A stretch of 42,579 nt of DNA from Octopus bimaculoides (Eukaryota), in assembly GCF_001194135.2 (NCBI RefSeq), contig NC_068982.1:24682822-24725400 (forward strand), written 5' to 3'. Under the pieces are notes generated by a model. It was not told the origin of the DNA. It saw nothing but the letters and a program-made list of their open reading frames with translations, and made no database searches. Shown one piece after another: positions 12,851-24,678 of this stretch. Every line of letters starts with the position of its first letter. Position 1 is the first letter of the stretch. A program made the position numbers and the translations under genes.

Positions 12851-13779
12851 GATAAAATTCCATGTAAATATTTTTTTCATTATAAATTTATGTTGATNNN
12901 NNNNNNNNNNNNNNNNNNNNNNNNNNNNNNNNNNNNNNNNNNNNNNNNNNNNNNNNNNNNNNNNNNNNNNNNNNNNNNNNNNNNNNNNNNNNNNNNNNNN
13001 NNNNNNNNNNNNNNNNNNNNNNNNNNNNNNNNNNNNNNNNNNNNNNNNNNNNNNNNNNNNNNNNNNNNNNNNNNNNNNNNNNNNNNNNNNNNNNNNNNNN
13101 NNNNNNNNNNNNNNNNNNNNNNNNNNNNNNNNNNNNNNNNNNNNNNNNNNNNNNNNNNNNNNNNNNNNNNNNNNNNNNNNNNNNNNNNNNNNNNNNNNNN
13201 NNNNNNNNNNNNNNNNNNNNNNNNNNNNNNNNNNNNNNNNNNNNNNNNNNNNNNNNNNNNNNNNNNNNNNNNNNNNNNNNNNNNNNNNNNNNNNNNNNNN
13301 NNNNNNNNNNNNNNNNNNNNNNNNNNNNNNNNNNNNNNNNNNNNNNNNNNNNNNNNNNNNNNNNNNNNNNNNNNNNNNNNNNNNNNNNNNNNNNNNNNNN
13401 NNNNNNNNNNNNNNNNNNNNNNNNNNNNNNNNNNNNNNNNNNNNNNNNNNNNNNNNNNNNNNNNNNNNNNNNNNNNNNNNNNNNNNNNNNNNNNNNNNNN
13501 NNNNNNNNNNNNNNNNNNNNNNNNNNNNNNNNNNNNNNNNNNNNNNNNNNNNNNNNNNNNNNNNNNNNNNNNNNNNNNNNNNNNNNNNNNNNNNNNNNNN
13601 NNNNNNNNNNNNNNNNNNNNNNNNNNNNNNNNNNNNNNNNNNNNNNNNNNNNNNNNNNNNNNNNNNNNNNNNNNNNNNNNNNNNNNNNNNNNNNNNNNNN
13701 NNNNNNNNNNNNNNNNNNNNNNNNNNNNNNNNNNNNNNNNNNNNNNNNNNNNNNNNNNNNNNAAAAAAAAAAAAAAAAA

Positions 13780-13945
13780 CGGAAAAATAATCCAGAATAC
13801 CTGATCGATCCCAATGGTAGTCATGGAATGTGAAGGTAGCTGTAGAAAATTTTGTAACAGTAATAAATCGTTTATCCTAACCTGCTCCAAGCCAAAGTTA
13901 ACGAATTCACCATTTAAAATAGCTTCAAAGGCGGAGGTAATATAA
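13780..13945 (-). mobile_element. Partial HINE-like copy with unrelated interior
   Basis: aataatccagaatac..gatcgatccca matches ~14347-14385; ends in aaggcggaggtaat; the ~115 bp between is non-homologous. Confidence 0.45.
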
Positions 13946-14289
13946 ATAAGTTCTACTCAGGAATTTTGAAATTAATAGCATGACATCTTTTGGCTTTCTG
14001 TTCTCTTCAATTCCGGCCTTCCTTTAGTAATCCTGTTGGTTTAGATCCAGGTATAGATGTATGTATATATGTAAGTGTACTGTAAAGTTTTAATATGTAT
14101 GTATAAAATATAGTATATATATATTATAACCAAATATGTGTTATTTCATTTCTGAACGGTTTTGCTGCCGCCTATTTATGTATTTTGATTTCTTTATCCA
14201 TCGGTTTCCACTGAGGTAGAGACGCGCGTAAAATTATTACAAGAGAACCTAAAATTCAACTTTGGAAACAGCCTAAAGGGAGATAACTG

Positions 14290-14545
14290 AGAAAGAATTG
14301 GATGTCAACGTAAGACCGTAGTCATGTAAAGTGGATAAATATAACAAATAATCCAGAATCCTTGCCCGGCGCTGGATCGATTCCAAAACCTAATCAGTTC
14401 ATGCCAGTTGCAAGATCAAACATCCCTGAAAGTTTCATCCGAATCCATCTAGCATTTCTTGAGATATCTTGTCCACGGTCAACAAACAAACAAACAAACA
14501 CGACTGAAACAACACATCCACCTTCGCTACGGTGTGGGCAATAAT
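14290..14545 (-). mobile_element. Non-autonomous Helentron/DINE-1-like (HINE) element
   Basis: Minus strand: ttattg-cccacaccg-tagcgaa-ggtgga subterminal inverted repeat, then (GTTT)n, then a core with ggattctggatt; family assignment is inference from architecture. Confidence 0.55.
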
Positions 14546-14682
14546 GACAATGATAATAATGATAAAATGATGAAGTAATAACAAATAATAGAATAATAGG
14601 ATGAAAGTAATAAGATAAAAATAATGAAAAATCTTAAAATTGTGTATCTTAGAGTTAATACTTACCCTAAAATCTCTCTCAG

Positions 14683-14819
14683 CAATTGGACATGTAACAG
14701 AGCTAGGAGACATCACAAAACGAGTTGACTTAGATGCTGAGTTGATGTTGCGGGGACCTCTTCCACCATACATCAGGCAGAAAAGCACTTTAGATGTGAC
14801 AGAAGTCTGCCCACCTCAA
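14683..14819 (+). CDS. Candidate internal coding exon (AIGHVTELGDITKRVDLDAELMLRGPLPPYIRQKSTLDVTEVCPPQ)
   Basis: Branch-like ctaaa plus ctctctcag acceptor, CAA|gtaatg donor, open frame, GC island; product unrecognised; the minus strand is also open. Confidence 0.35.
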
Positions 14820-15278
14820 GTAATGCCAAGAGCATTTCTAATAAAATATTTTGTCCCATTTGTTATAACATAACCATCACCACTCTATATGGAATATATC
14901 ACGACACAAAAGGATTTCCAAAGAAAAGTGTGCACTCAGTTCAAGTCAAATGGGGGCTGTAAAGAGGAAAAAAGCTACGCATAAAAATATGGAATGTTAT
15001 TGATTAGAAGACAGTGCTAAATCTCAATGAATTAATTCCACTTTCTCACGTCTTATAAATCAGGACATTCCCGGTCTATTGATGAAACCACCGATTTCTC
15101 TTAGAGGTGATACTCGAAAAATATCATATACGGAAATTAAATAACTATCTTACTGTTATATATATATATATATANNNNNNNNNNNNNNNNNNNNNNNNNN
15201 NNNNNNNNNNNNNNNNNNNNNNNNNNNNNNNNNNNNNNNNNNNNNNNNNNNNNNNNNNNNNNNNNNATATATGTGTGT

Positions 15279-15329
<51 letters not shown>

Positions 15330-16412
15330 GGTGGGTGTGTGTGTGTGTGTGTGTGTCTGTGTATATGAACGTCCTCAAATGTTCCTCAAAGGTTTATTTG
15401 CATCACTGGTATATTTGACCCTGTATGAAATAAATAATTCATTACTTTTTCCTTACTTATAAGTGTCTGAAAATTTGATATATATTGTATTTAATCACAC
15501 ACATGATAATTTAAGTAAACTGTACTATATTTTAAATAGGTGAACGGAAAAAAAATTGAATAAATTGGAAAACAGTATATCCTTATACACTGGAACTCCA
15601 AAATCATATAATAAAATACAGTCTGTCTGAATATTTATTGAACGTTTCTCTTTCTCAATATAAAGCAGATCAAATTTCCGTTTCATTATTTTCTTTTTTT
15701 AATATACTGTCTGATGGCTGTGGTGGGGAGTTATTTATCTTTAAAATCAATAAACGGTATAATTCCGCAAACAAACGGTAAGCAGTGAAAAATAAAGAAA
15801 CAAACGAACATACATTCAGCGTGATTATTGAGTTAGTGATAGTCTGAATAGCGAAAACGGTTCAATATAGGTATATAAAGAAGAGATAAAGAATTGATCG
15901 TCAAGAATTCAGTAAATAAAAGATTAAAAGGAAAAGAAAATTGCGATGAAATAGCAGACAGATATGTGCAAGTAGATTAACTTCAAATATAATGGATGAT
16001 AGGGAAATCGAAAACTTCTAATTGAAACACTGGAAAAAATTACTTTTTTGTTTTTCTTTATTCTATGGATTGGCATTATGTTAAAAGTATTCTCCTATTT
16101 AAAGCGTTCGCATTGTTCATTAGTTGTTTACGAAACCGATAAAGAGAAAATCCATAATGAGTTTTTTTTTCTTAAGTATTAAATTTGTATAGTCAGTATG
16201 CGGCTGGTGATGTGCTAACATTCATTCATGTGACAAGAGTGGATGTCATTTTTTTTCAAATTACTGTCATTCTAGTTTTAAATACTTATCTCTAACTTTG
16301 CTACTTTATATGTAATGTCTACAGAATTTGGTTGATTCAGGTTATATCGAATGTGTTATTAAATCAGCTGTTCAGCATGATTTGGTTAATATTCAATTTA
16401 CATATATTTACA

Positions 16413-16595
16413 GAAGTGACTGTGTGGTAAGTAGCTTGCTTGCCAACCACATGGTTCCGAGTTCAGTCCTACGGCGTGGCACCTTCGCCAAGTGTCTTCT
16501 ACTATAACCTCGGGTTGACCAACGCCTTGTGATCGGATTTGGTAGATGGAAACTGAAAGAAGCCCGCCGTATATATACATATATATATATATATC

Positions 16596-16630
<35 letters not shown>

Positions 16631-16735
16631 GTATGTCTGTGTGTTTGTGTCAGTGTTTGTCCCCCCACCATCGCTTGACAGCCGATGTTGAGGTGTTTAC
16701 GTCCCTGTAACTTAGCAGTTCGGCAACAGACTAAT
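16413..16735 (+). mobile_element. tRNA-derived composite SINE with internal (AT)n
   Basis: tgtggtaagtagcttgc (A-box), ggttccgagttcagtcc (B-box), microsatellite, body shared with 4900-5161. Confidence 0.85.
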
Positions 16736-16789
16736 ACCTTTTTAAGTAAATTATACAAAATATTCTGTAATTATATACGTTATTTTAAT

Positions 16790-17210
16790 CAGGTGTCAGC
16801 TAAGTGCCTCGTCATGTACTGAATTACAAATAGACGCTCATGTCTTTTTAACAACTATAAAAATCTCCGAGACAATAACACACTTTTGGTATGTAGGCAA
16901 AAACAAAAATGATGAGTTCAAACAACTTCGGTTAATCAGAGACGCGTTTCGAACTTAAAGTAAATTATATTTACCAATTGTCTTCCTCAGTGTAATACTC
17001 CGAGTTATAAATTTGCGAGCGTTAGGATTAAATATGTACGCGATCAATATAGTTATGGTATAATTCGAAACGCGTCTGTGATTAACCGAATTTTTAATTT
17101 TTACTTACATAACAAAGTGTGTTATTTTCTCGGAGATTTTTATGGTAGTTTAAAAGACATTAACTTCTATTTCTAATTCAGTACGTGGCGAGGCACATAG
17201 CTGACCCCTG
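16790..17210. mobile_element. hAT-type MITE with ~165-bp imperfect TIRs
   Basis: Left arm caggtgtcagctaagtgcctcg...cggttaatcagagacgcgtttcgaa is the reverse complement of ttcgaaacgcgtctgtgattaaccg...cgaggcacatagctgacccctg; 8-bp flanks attttaat and gttataat (6/8 identical). Confidence 0.8.
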
Positions 17211-17294
17211 GTTATAATTATGTATGTAATTATAGAATATTATATATGTGTGTGTGTGTGTGTGTGCGTGTGTGTGTGTGTGCGTGTGTGTGTG

Positions 17295-17344
<50 letters not shown>

Positions 17345-19245
17345 TGTGTGTGTATTCAAAGTGTTTTCAGAAAAATAAACAAAATGATTGCCATAAGTAA
17401 TATATATATAGAATAAATAATATAACATTTCGCTTTTGTGGATGATGACACAAAACGAACAATATAACTCTTCTTGTAGGCTGTTTCTTAATTGAATGCG
17501 ATTCTAATATTTCAGGAGAATATCGTTTATATGAAAGACTAACCCATTCATTAAAATTATACAAATTTTTACCTTTTGAATTAGCTTAAATTTCATTGTA
17601 GTTTTATATTTTACTGCAATGTTTCCTAAGTGCATGTGTTCTCGTCATATATTTTAGGTGTATATGTTTGAAACTATGCAAGAGTGTGTACATCGTTTAA
17701 TGGCTACTTCAAATAAACTGGGTTTATTCAGGTGTTTTCAGCGATTTTAATTTGCAAGAGACAAAGTACATTTTCATTGCAGCGTAAAGGTTCAATATAA
17801 TGTAGAATAACATATTTTATAATGGTGGATATCACTAATAAGTATGAAGTCTTTTCTAATTCTCTCAATGAATATATAATGAAAATACATCAGTTTCTTC
17901 TAGCTCTCTTATACAACTTAATTTGTTTGAACTATTCTAAATAACTTGGTTTGATGTCTGAGGAAAATATGGACACCTCTTATACAGAACAAGTGTTATA
18001 GATTCATGATTGTCCACGTATTGCATGTATATGAACCTAGCGAATGTGTATAGCTCTACCTGATTGATTAATGTGTTAACATTAGTAGATGATTTTTCCG
18101 CACCTCTATTATTGCAATCTTAAATGTTCAGCAAAATATAGTCTTTGACTTAATAATAACTAAAGGTTCCCGACCCGTTATCTCTGTTCATAGGTCTGTC
18201 CTTTATGTAATGAAAGCATACTAAGAAATTACATCGATATGTGCATAAAAATGTTATATACGTGGATACATAACAAACATCTTACAAATATAAATATATT
18301 TTCATGTAAACAAATTGTCAACTATTAGTATATTTATATAATATAAAGAAGACAAAATCAGCTTTAAATATATGAAAAATGTACTCGAATCATACACACA
18401 CATGCGCGCGCACACACACTGAGTCACATAGTCACACGCGTAATGGTGTAAGCTCGAGTATTAGTGGTCATAATGTTGAAATTACGATCATAAGAAATGG
18501 ATTCGATACTTGAATCAAGTAGTCAGTTGAGAGAGGAGCGTGTTGGGATTTTATTTTCAATATATATCCATTTTCCTGAAAGTTATGAAGGAAAAATCGG
18601 ATCTTGTGAATTTTCCAAAAGTCCTCTCCCCACACTCCAGGTTCTTTTGCGCAATGTCTTTTTTCATATTCGTTTTCTACACAGTTGTTAACACCCAGCA
18701 GGCTGGGTTTGTTTTTTTTTTGTTTTGTTTTTCGTTAACGGGGGAGGACCTTTATATTTACCCGGAATCGTTTTAAATTGTGATAATGAATCAAGGGGTT
18801 TAGTCGTTACCGCCAAAATTAATTTCCCTTGCATTTTCTCTCTTTTTGAATATTCAGTTAAATGAGTGAATATGTTGTTACCAACAGCGTTAAAACTTTA
18901 GTAACTTGATCGATCTGTCATTGAACCAGGATTTTTATTTCATTTGATACACAGTTTGCTGTCATTTATATGAAGAATTACAAGTGGTATATAAAACAAC
19001 TTATTTTGATAGAAATTTTATGAGTACATTTCCGTAAATTTTTTGTTGCGCACATCAGCCTCCACACGCATGCACATATACGCACGCAGATAGACATGGA
19101 TTCAGTCCCATTTTGGAAGTGTGTTAATGCTTTTATTATTTTGGAATGAAGAACACAAACATAGGTGCTGAGCCAGTGACTAACCTTGGAATATTTTGTT
19201 GGGATTAATCCAATGAATTGACAGCAAAATAATTGCTTCTATCAG

Positions 19246-19289
19246 AATCGATTACATTTCAAGCGAAAAAACAAAACCGTATACGACAG
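19246..19289 (+). CDS. Weak candidate 44-nt exon
   Basis: Acceptor ttgcttctatcag, strong donor CAG|gtatgt, all three frames open (frame 0 NRLHFKRKNKTVYD). Confidence 0.2.
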
Positions 19290-21053
19290 GTATGTCAAAT
19301 ATATTTTGTGTACTTCTTTCTCTGTTCATTCGTATAAAATGTAGAAATTGTTGCGCACACGCACCCACAACCACACTGCTATGAGTGTGAGAGCTTTTGA
19401 CCAAAAATGGCATGACTCCGCTTACCCACCCTTTTTAGACACCCATCGTATATATAAAATGTTATTTTATTCCAAATCAATAAATAGAGAGAAAACTGAA
19501 TTTGAAAATGGAATGGGATCTAAATGCACCTAAAATACTTTTGATAGTCGGTAGTGACTGTGCCCTTATACACAACATTCTGGAGTACATTTTGTTCTTA
19601 TTGCGATGTAGGGGCACTTTTGGCATGTCTATCATAGATGTCTGAGGAAAGACTTTGTCTTCTGCATACAGTTGAAAGAATTATTGTTAATGTAGCTACT
19701 GCTGATATTACAATTAATCAATTAATACAATTATTATTATGTGTTATTAGCATCATTGTTAGTAGTAGCATTACTAATAATAATTCGTCCCTGGCCCTGA
19801 TTGGGAACAGCCTTTAAGAAATATGACATTATATTAGATATATTGGTATGAGACCTAATGAAAAGCTAGCCACAATAGAAATAAGGAGGAATAAATAAAT
19901 GTAGTCTATTTTAGGGTATGCCTTTTAAGTTGTCTTTCCATTATGCTCACTTGCTTCTAAACCATTGCTTAAATTCCAGGTTACTTCTTAGTAGAGGGTA
20001 CCTGAGACACGTATTCCTACACCTCTTTTAATTTGGCTGATCTTTACATAACCTCTCATACCAGATAGATGTAACTAATCTTTTCTGACAACTCAGCTAT
20101 CGTCTTTGTTTATTAAACTTTGAACCCTAGCTCGACAGGCTTAGACAGCAGGATATGAAATTTATTCGCAAATTTGTAAAAGCTAAAACATATACAAAAA
20201 TGCATGCTCGGTGATTTTATATATACACAAATATATTCACGAACCTGACAAGTAGGTCACACGTTCTGATTATATCGAACGATACATAAAGATATATGTA
20301 TGTGAGTGAATGTTTATGTGGATAAATTAATAACTGATTTCTGTAAGCGGTAAAAATACAGAACGTTATTTAGTTTTAGATTAATATTTCTATATACATG
20401 AGTAACTCACGCCGCTGGAAGTTCTACAAAAATCAATACATTACTTTTGAAGTTCTACATATAGTCGTACTCTAAGTTTATTTTTACTGCTACATAAAAA
20501 TACAAGTCAGAAGAATATGCTTTAATAAATTATTTTAAGAATTAACTACTCAATATGACGTTACGATATTTAAATGATTTAGGAAAAAGAAAAAGAAGAT
20601 TAAGAGACCTTGAATCGAAAAGGTAGAATGAGTAGTTAAACTTATGTGGAAGCAACCTTTACTAATCATTGTTCAACAGGTTTGCTAGAATTTCAGAACT
20701 TATTTGAAAACCTTTCCTACTATATATTTATAAATTCTCACTGTGAGATCGTAAATAACAATATATTTCATACTGTGTTTGTTTATTTTGTAATTTCCAG
20801 ATAAGACTCGGATGCACGTAGACATAAATATAAACTAGATATTATATATGGTTGAAATGGTATGTGTTTTCGATCTGATTTGTGTAGAATACCAAAGTGT
20901 GTTTAAGCATGCGTATTACTTTATTTTATTTGATGTTGCTGAGTAGACAGTTTACTGTATTTGAAATATAGACACAATGAATAAATTGCATCCAATCTAA
21001 TCCTCTGAGAATATATTTGAGATCTCTATGAAATTACTCAGGAATTAACATTG

Positions 21054-21089
<36 letters not shown>

Positions 21090-21091
<2 letters not shown>

Positions 21092-21217
21092 GAAGAATAT
21101 TTCAATACAAATGTATTAATTGCCAGCAAAAAATAGCCCTATAAGGGTATATATATAATTTGTTTGCTGTTAATTAATACATTTGTATTAATACATTTGT
21201 ATTGAAATATTCTTCAT
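21090..21217. repeat. 31-bp perfect inverted repeat with an internal 14-bp tandem duplication
   Basis: atgaagaatatttcaatacaaatgtattaat (21090-21120) is the reverse complement of 21187-21217; attaatacatttgt occurs twice in tandem. Confidence 0.9.
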
Positions 21218-21315
21218 TGATAACTTCTTCACTGTTCTCAGTTCTGTTAACGGCTGGGCGTTCGGGCGAGTATATTTGGCATTGATGTGGCAACATTTGA
21301 AATATTGTCTAGGTA

Positions 21316-21390
21316 AATGCAGCTGATGAGGACTAATCAGATTTACGTTGTGAAACGTATTTGAAGAGTCTGAAACCTGGGTACTGCATT
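21316..21390 (+). ncRNA. Minimal type I hammerhead ribozyme
   Basis: Stem I AATGCAG/CTGCATT; CTGATGA; stem II G-GACT aa TCAGA tt TACGTT gtga AACGTA TTTGA ag AGTC-T; GAAA; stem III AC-CTGG-GT; cleavage triplet GTA ending at 21383. Confidence 0.85.
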
Positions 21391-21579
21391 ATCATTAATC
21401 TGGGTTGTCCATTTTCGAATGTTCTTCCTAAGGTAAGACAAGTTTTTCATGTTTGTTGCACACACGCATTTTTGCCAGCATATACACAGTGAAGCTATAC
21501 AATAGCGTCGTATTTATATCGATTGCTATTGTCCAGTAAATATCGGTGCCTTGTTGTACCACTCTTATGACTTTATATA

Positions 21580-21615
<36 letters not shown>

Positions 21616-21619
21616 TACA

Positions 21620-21905
21620 CAGGGAGTGGTGAATAAAATTACGCAATAACGAAAATAACAATGACATATCATCGTAATAGTTATATATACCAAAATTACA
21701 TAAAAAGATCTTGGAATACTAAAGAGCAAACTTAATCAATAAAATCGCCATTGGCTTCAACCACGGCTTCTACACGACTTCGGTATCTCCTGCAACTCTT
21801 CAAGACGGTCTCCTTGTTTAAGTTGGTGAACGCTGCTCTAATCCTTGCCTTCAGTTCATCTTTGGTGTTACAAGGAGTTTTGTTGGTCTCTCGTTCAACT
21901 GGGCC
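21620..21905 (-). mobile_element. 3' end fragment of the same maT/mariner family as 5543-6319
   Basis: ctgcaactctt...agttggtgaa...tacaaggagtt...ttggtctctcg is shared with ~5620-5715; TIR-like cagggagtgg...aaattacgcaa. Confidence 0.8.
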
Positions 21906-22657
21906 ATTTGAAAATGAAACTTCGTTGAATATGTTTAAGATCTAAAAGTTACGTTTTCAGCCCTAAGTTCATTAAAACAAAAGTATCGCGATAAATTACA
22001 TCACATGAAGTAGAGTAGGAGTAAAATAATGTAAAAATCATATTATGTAATGGAAAGTGCAAACTATATGGATAAATATGCAAAGAAGAAAAGTTGGATG
22101 TGCTCTCTAGATATATATCTTATCTAAACATTTTAACTACTAAGTTATTTTCAATTCAACTTTAGGGAACCTTTGATTTGTGGCCTTTCGTTTCCCCTTC
22201 TAGAAAATGTTTTCTTTCAATTGACCAGTATAAATTCTAAAAACAGGCATGTTCTCAAGTTACAACATTGTGAAACTGCTTCCTTAATTTCACTTCATTT
22301 AACTGAACTCACAAGCTAATTCACTTTCACCTGTAATCAGAGCTCAATATAAATACTCGTTTCTTTTCTCTCTGAATCATAAAGAAAGCCATGAAATTTT
22401 GTATACACTAATACATGACTGAAAAATATACACTCAACACATAAATTACATCATATGAGGCAGCAGATTTTGTAACTTTGGCCGTTGTTGGGGGCGCTAG
22501 TCCAGAATGATAATATACATTTTTATGCGCAACTAACCAATTTAATGATCGTTATCAAATCTGAATTAAAATGATGATATTCTGTTAGTATATCATTTTC
22601 ACATCTTTAAATGAAGAATATTTGTGTTGAGGCAACAGATTTGCAATATTTTGATAC

Positions 22658-22887
22658 CTTATTATCTTTATTCTTCAAGTTACAACAAAAGCAGAATAGC
22701 ATTAAAAACAAGGACATCGTGTTGCACCATCAGAAGACACCTTTCTTCTAATCTTTTGATTAGATGCTGATAACCGTTCTTGTACTTCAGGGCGAAGATC
22801 TGCTTCATTCAAGCTTCCACTTCCTCTTGATCGATGAAGTGTCTCTCTTTCCTTGAATTCTAGGTTGCTTTAGTTATAATTCGATGA
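22658..22887 (-). other. Candidate terminal exon with a downstream 55-aa open frame
   Basis: Strong acceptor ccttattttctttag at 22887; frame SSNYN* is followed in frame by SNLEFKERETLHRSRGSGSLNEADLRPEVQERLSASNQKIRRKVSSDGATRCPCF* (22869-22702); AATAAA at 22672-22667. Confidence 0.3.
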
Positions 22888-23810
22888 CTAAAGAAAATAA
22901 GGTGTCAAAATATTTGAAAACGTTTGATTGACCACAATATACTATGCGATAAGATATTTTGCTCTAATGCGCATAGTAAAACATTTGAGATCATTTGGAT
23001 TTGCCACCTTCATTCGTTATTTACACGTACATTCATACTATTTCAATTTCATGTTGCTAACATCTCTTAACTGCATTACTTTCCACCTTAAATATTTTCA
23101 AACTTATCTTTCGTCTTCCTGAAAATACTTGAAGAAGCGATAAACACCACAGCGTTTCCACTTATTATCATTTTATTTCATTTCTATCTCTCATACACTC
23201 TCTATTTACCATTTGACAGTCAAGTTAAGTAAGTTCACTCTTTACTTTCTATGAAACAGCAACTGTAGCTAATACACTTATGTGGACATGTGAATATGCG
23301 AAGACATGTCTATAATAAAAACCCTAAATAAAAATTGTTTCCAAAAAGATAATGAGAAGCAAAAAACAAAGTTGTTTTTGTTCTGGAGCTAAGTTTTGTA
23401 AATTACGAGAGCAATATTACTGCAGTTATTTTTTGGAGTACCTGTAAAATGCTTTGGTCAATTAAACTTATTAATTCGTAGTAGTCACCTACAAAACAAC
23501 AGCGTGTCACAATCTTATGTTAAATTTAAAGAATCCATCCCTTTGTTTATGTAATACATCGTGTACAAAATGCCATAGGTGTCGAATGTTTATGAATATT
23601 TACATGACATAATTAAATATAATAATAACATCTGACTAAATGAGCTCTCCTAATAGAGTTAGTGATGTAGTAAATATATCAATGTGGCTCAAATCCATAT
23701 TAAGGGGAACGCAAAAATAATGGAATTATGAATACGCCATCTAGCATAACTCAGTAATCGATCATGCAAGAGAACAAGAGAATGGTCAGAGGGCAGTGGC
23801 ATCAGTAAAA

Positions 23811-23853
<43 letters not shown>

Positions 23854-24103
23854 ACAAGAACATACGCGTGTATGTATGCATGCATGTGTGTATGCATGCA
23901 TGTGTATATATATGTATATGCGACTAACAATTTAGAAGAAAATATGTGCAAAATTATATCTGTGATAAAAAAGAGCAACGCCACAAAGAACGAAGCCTTT
24001 CATTTTACCATCTCGTATCTCTTCTCTCTGTATTACTATATAACAACCCATACTAGCATATATATACATGTGCATAAGCACGTGAGCGTGTATTTGCGTG
24101 TGC

Positions 24104-24134
<31 letters not shown>

Positions 24135-24638
24135 GATATATATATATATATATATATACGTATATGTATTGATACATAGACAGACAGGTAGATAGAGACA
24201 CGGACAGATAATTAAAGTCAGGCAGACAGAGACAGACAGACAGATAGATAGCTAGATAGTTAGAGTGAGAGAGATAGACACATAGATGTGAACCTTTCTA
24301 TCTCTTTACATATATTAACATGCATACATATATAAACACTGAGACAGTGTTAGCATGATTTCGTGCGTACGTGTATACGCTCATGATGTTTAATTCGATT
24401 TGGTTTTCAAATGAACATAAGTGATATGAATGCGATGTCATTTACTGAACACACCGTCCAGTAATTGCATTACTGGTTTCTCTATTGTAGTTTATGGAGA
24501 GACAATTTATTCAATGTCAAAGATGTCTCAGATTAGGAAGCAATAATAACTCATATCTCTCGAAATATGTTTGTAAAGTAAATATTTAGGTGCCCCTTCA
24601 TTATAATGTCTACTAAATTTGATTTAATCTATGTATTT

Positions 24639-24678
24639 TGCATCCGATGAAACAATTTAACCGAAACTCCAGTGTGCT
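24639..24678 (+). ncRNA. Decayed hammerhead-like motif
   Basis: gcat CCGATGA aacaatttaacc GAAA C tcca GT gtgc: core has U4 changed to C, and stem II and the cleavage site are damaged. Confidence 0.35.

Larger units (their letters stand above)
20995..21570 (+). mobile_element. Hammerhead-bearing non-autonomous element, probably a PLE pseudo-LTR
   Basis: Contains a long inverted repeat and an intact hammerhead; boundaries approximate; PLE origin inferred from the known PLE-hammerhead association. Confidence 0.5.

Noticed and set aside
19559-19618. gtgcccttatac...atgtaggggcac hairpin as a pre-miRNA
   Set aside because: Only ~11 bp of stem with a large unpaired loop
21991-22460. 20-bp direct repeat ataaattacatca(c/t)atga(a/g)g at 21991 and 22441
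   Set aside because: Only two AT-rich copies; no array, no TSD geometry and not CRISPR-like
22481-22500. gttgttgggggcgctag, CTCF-like
   Set aside because: Matches only the 3' half of the consensus; lacks CCAC/CAG
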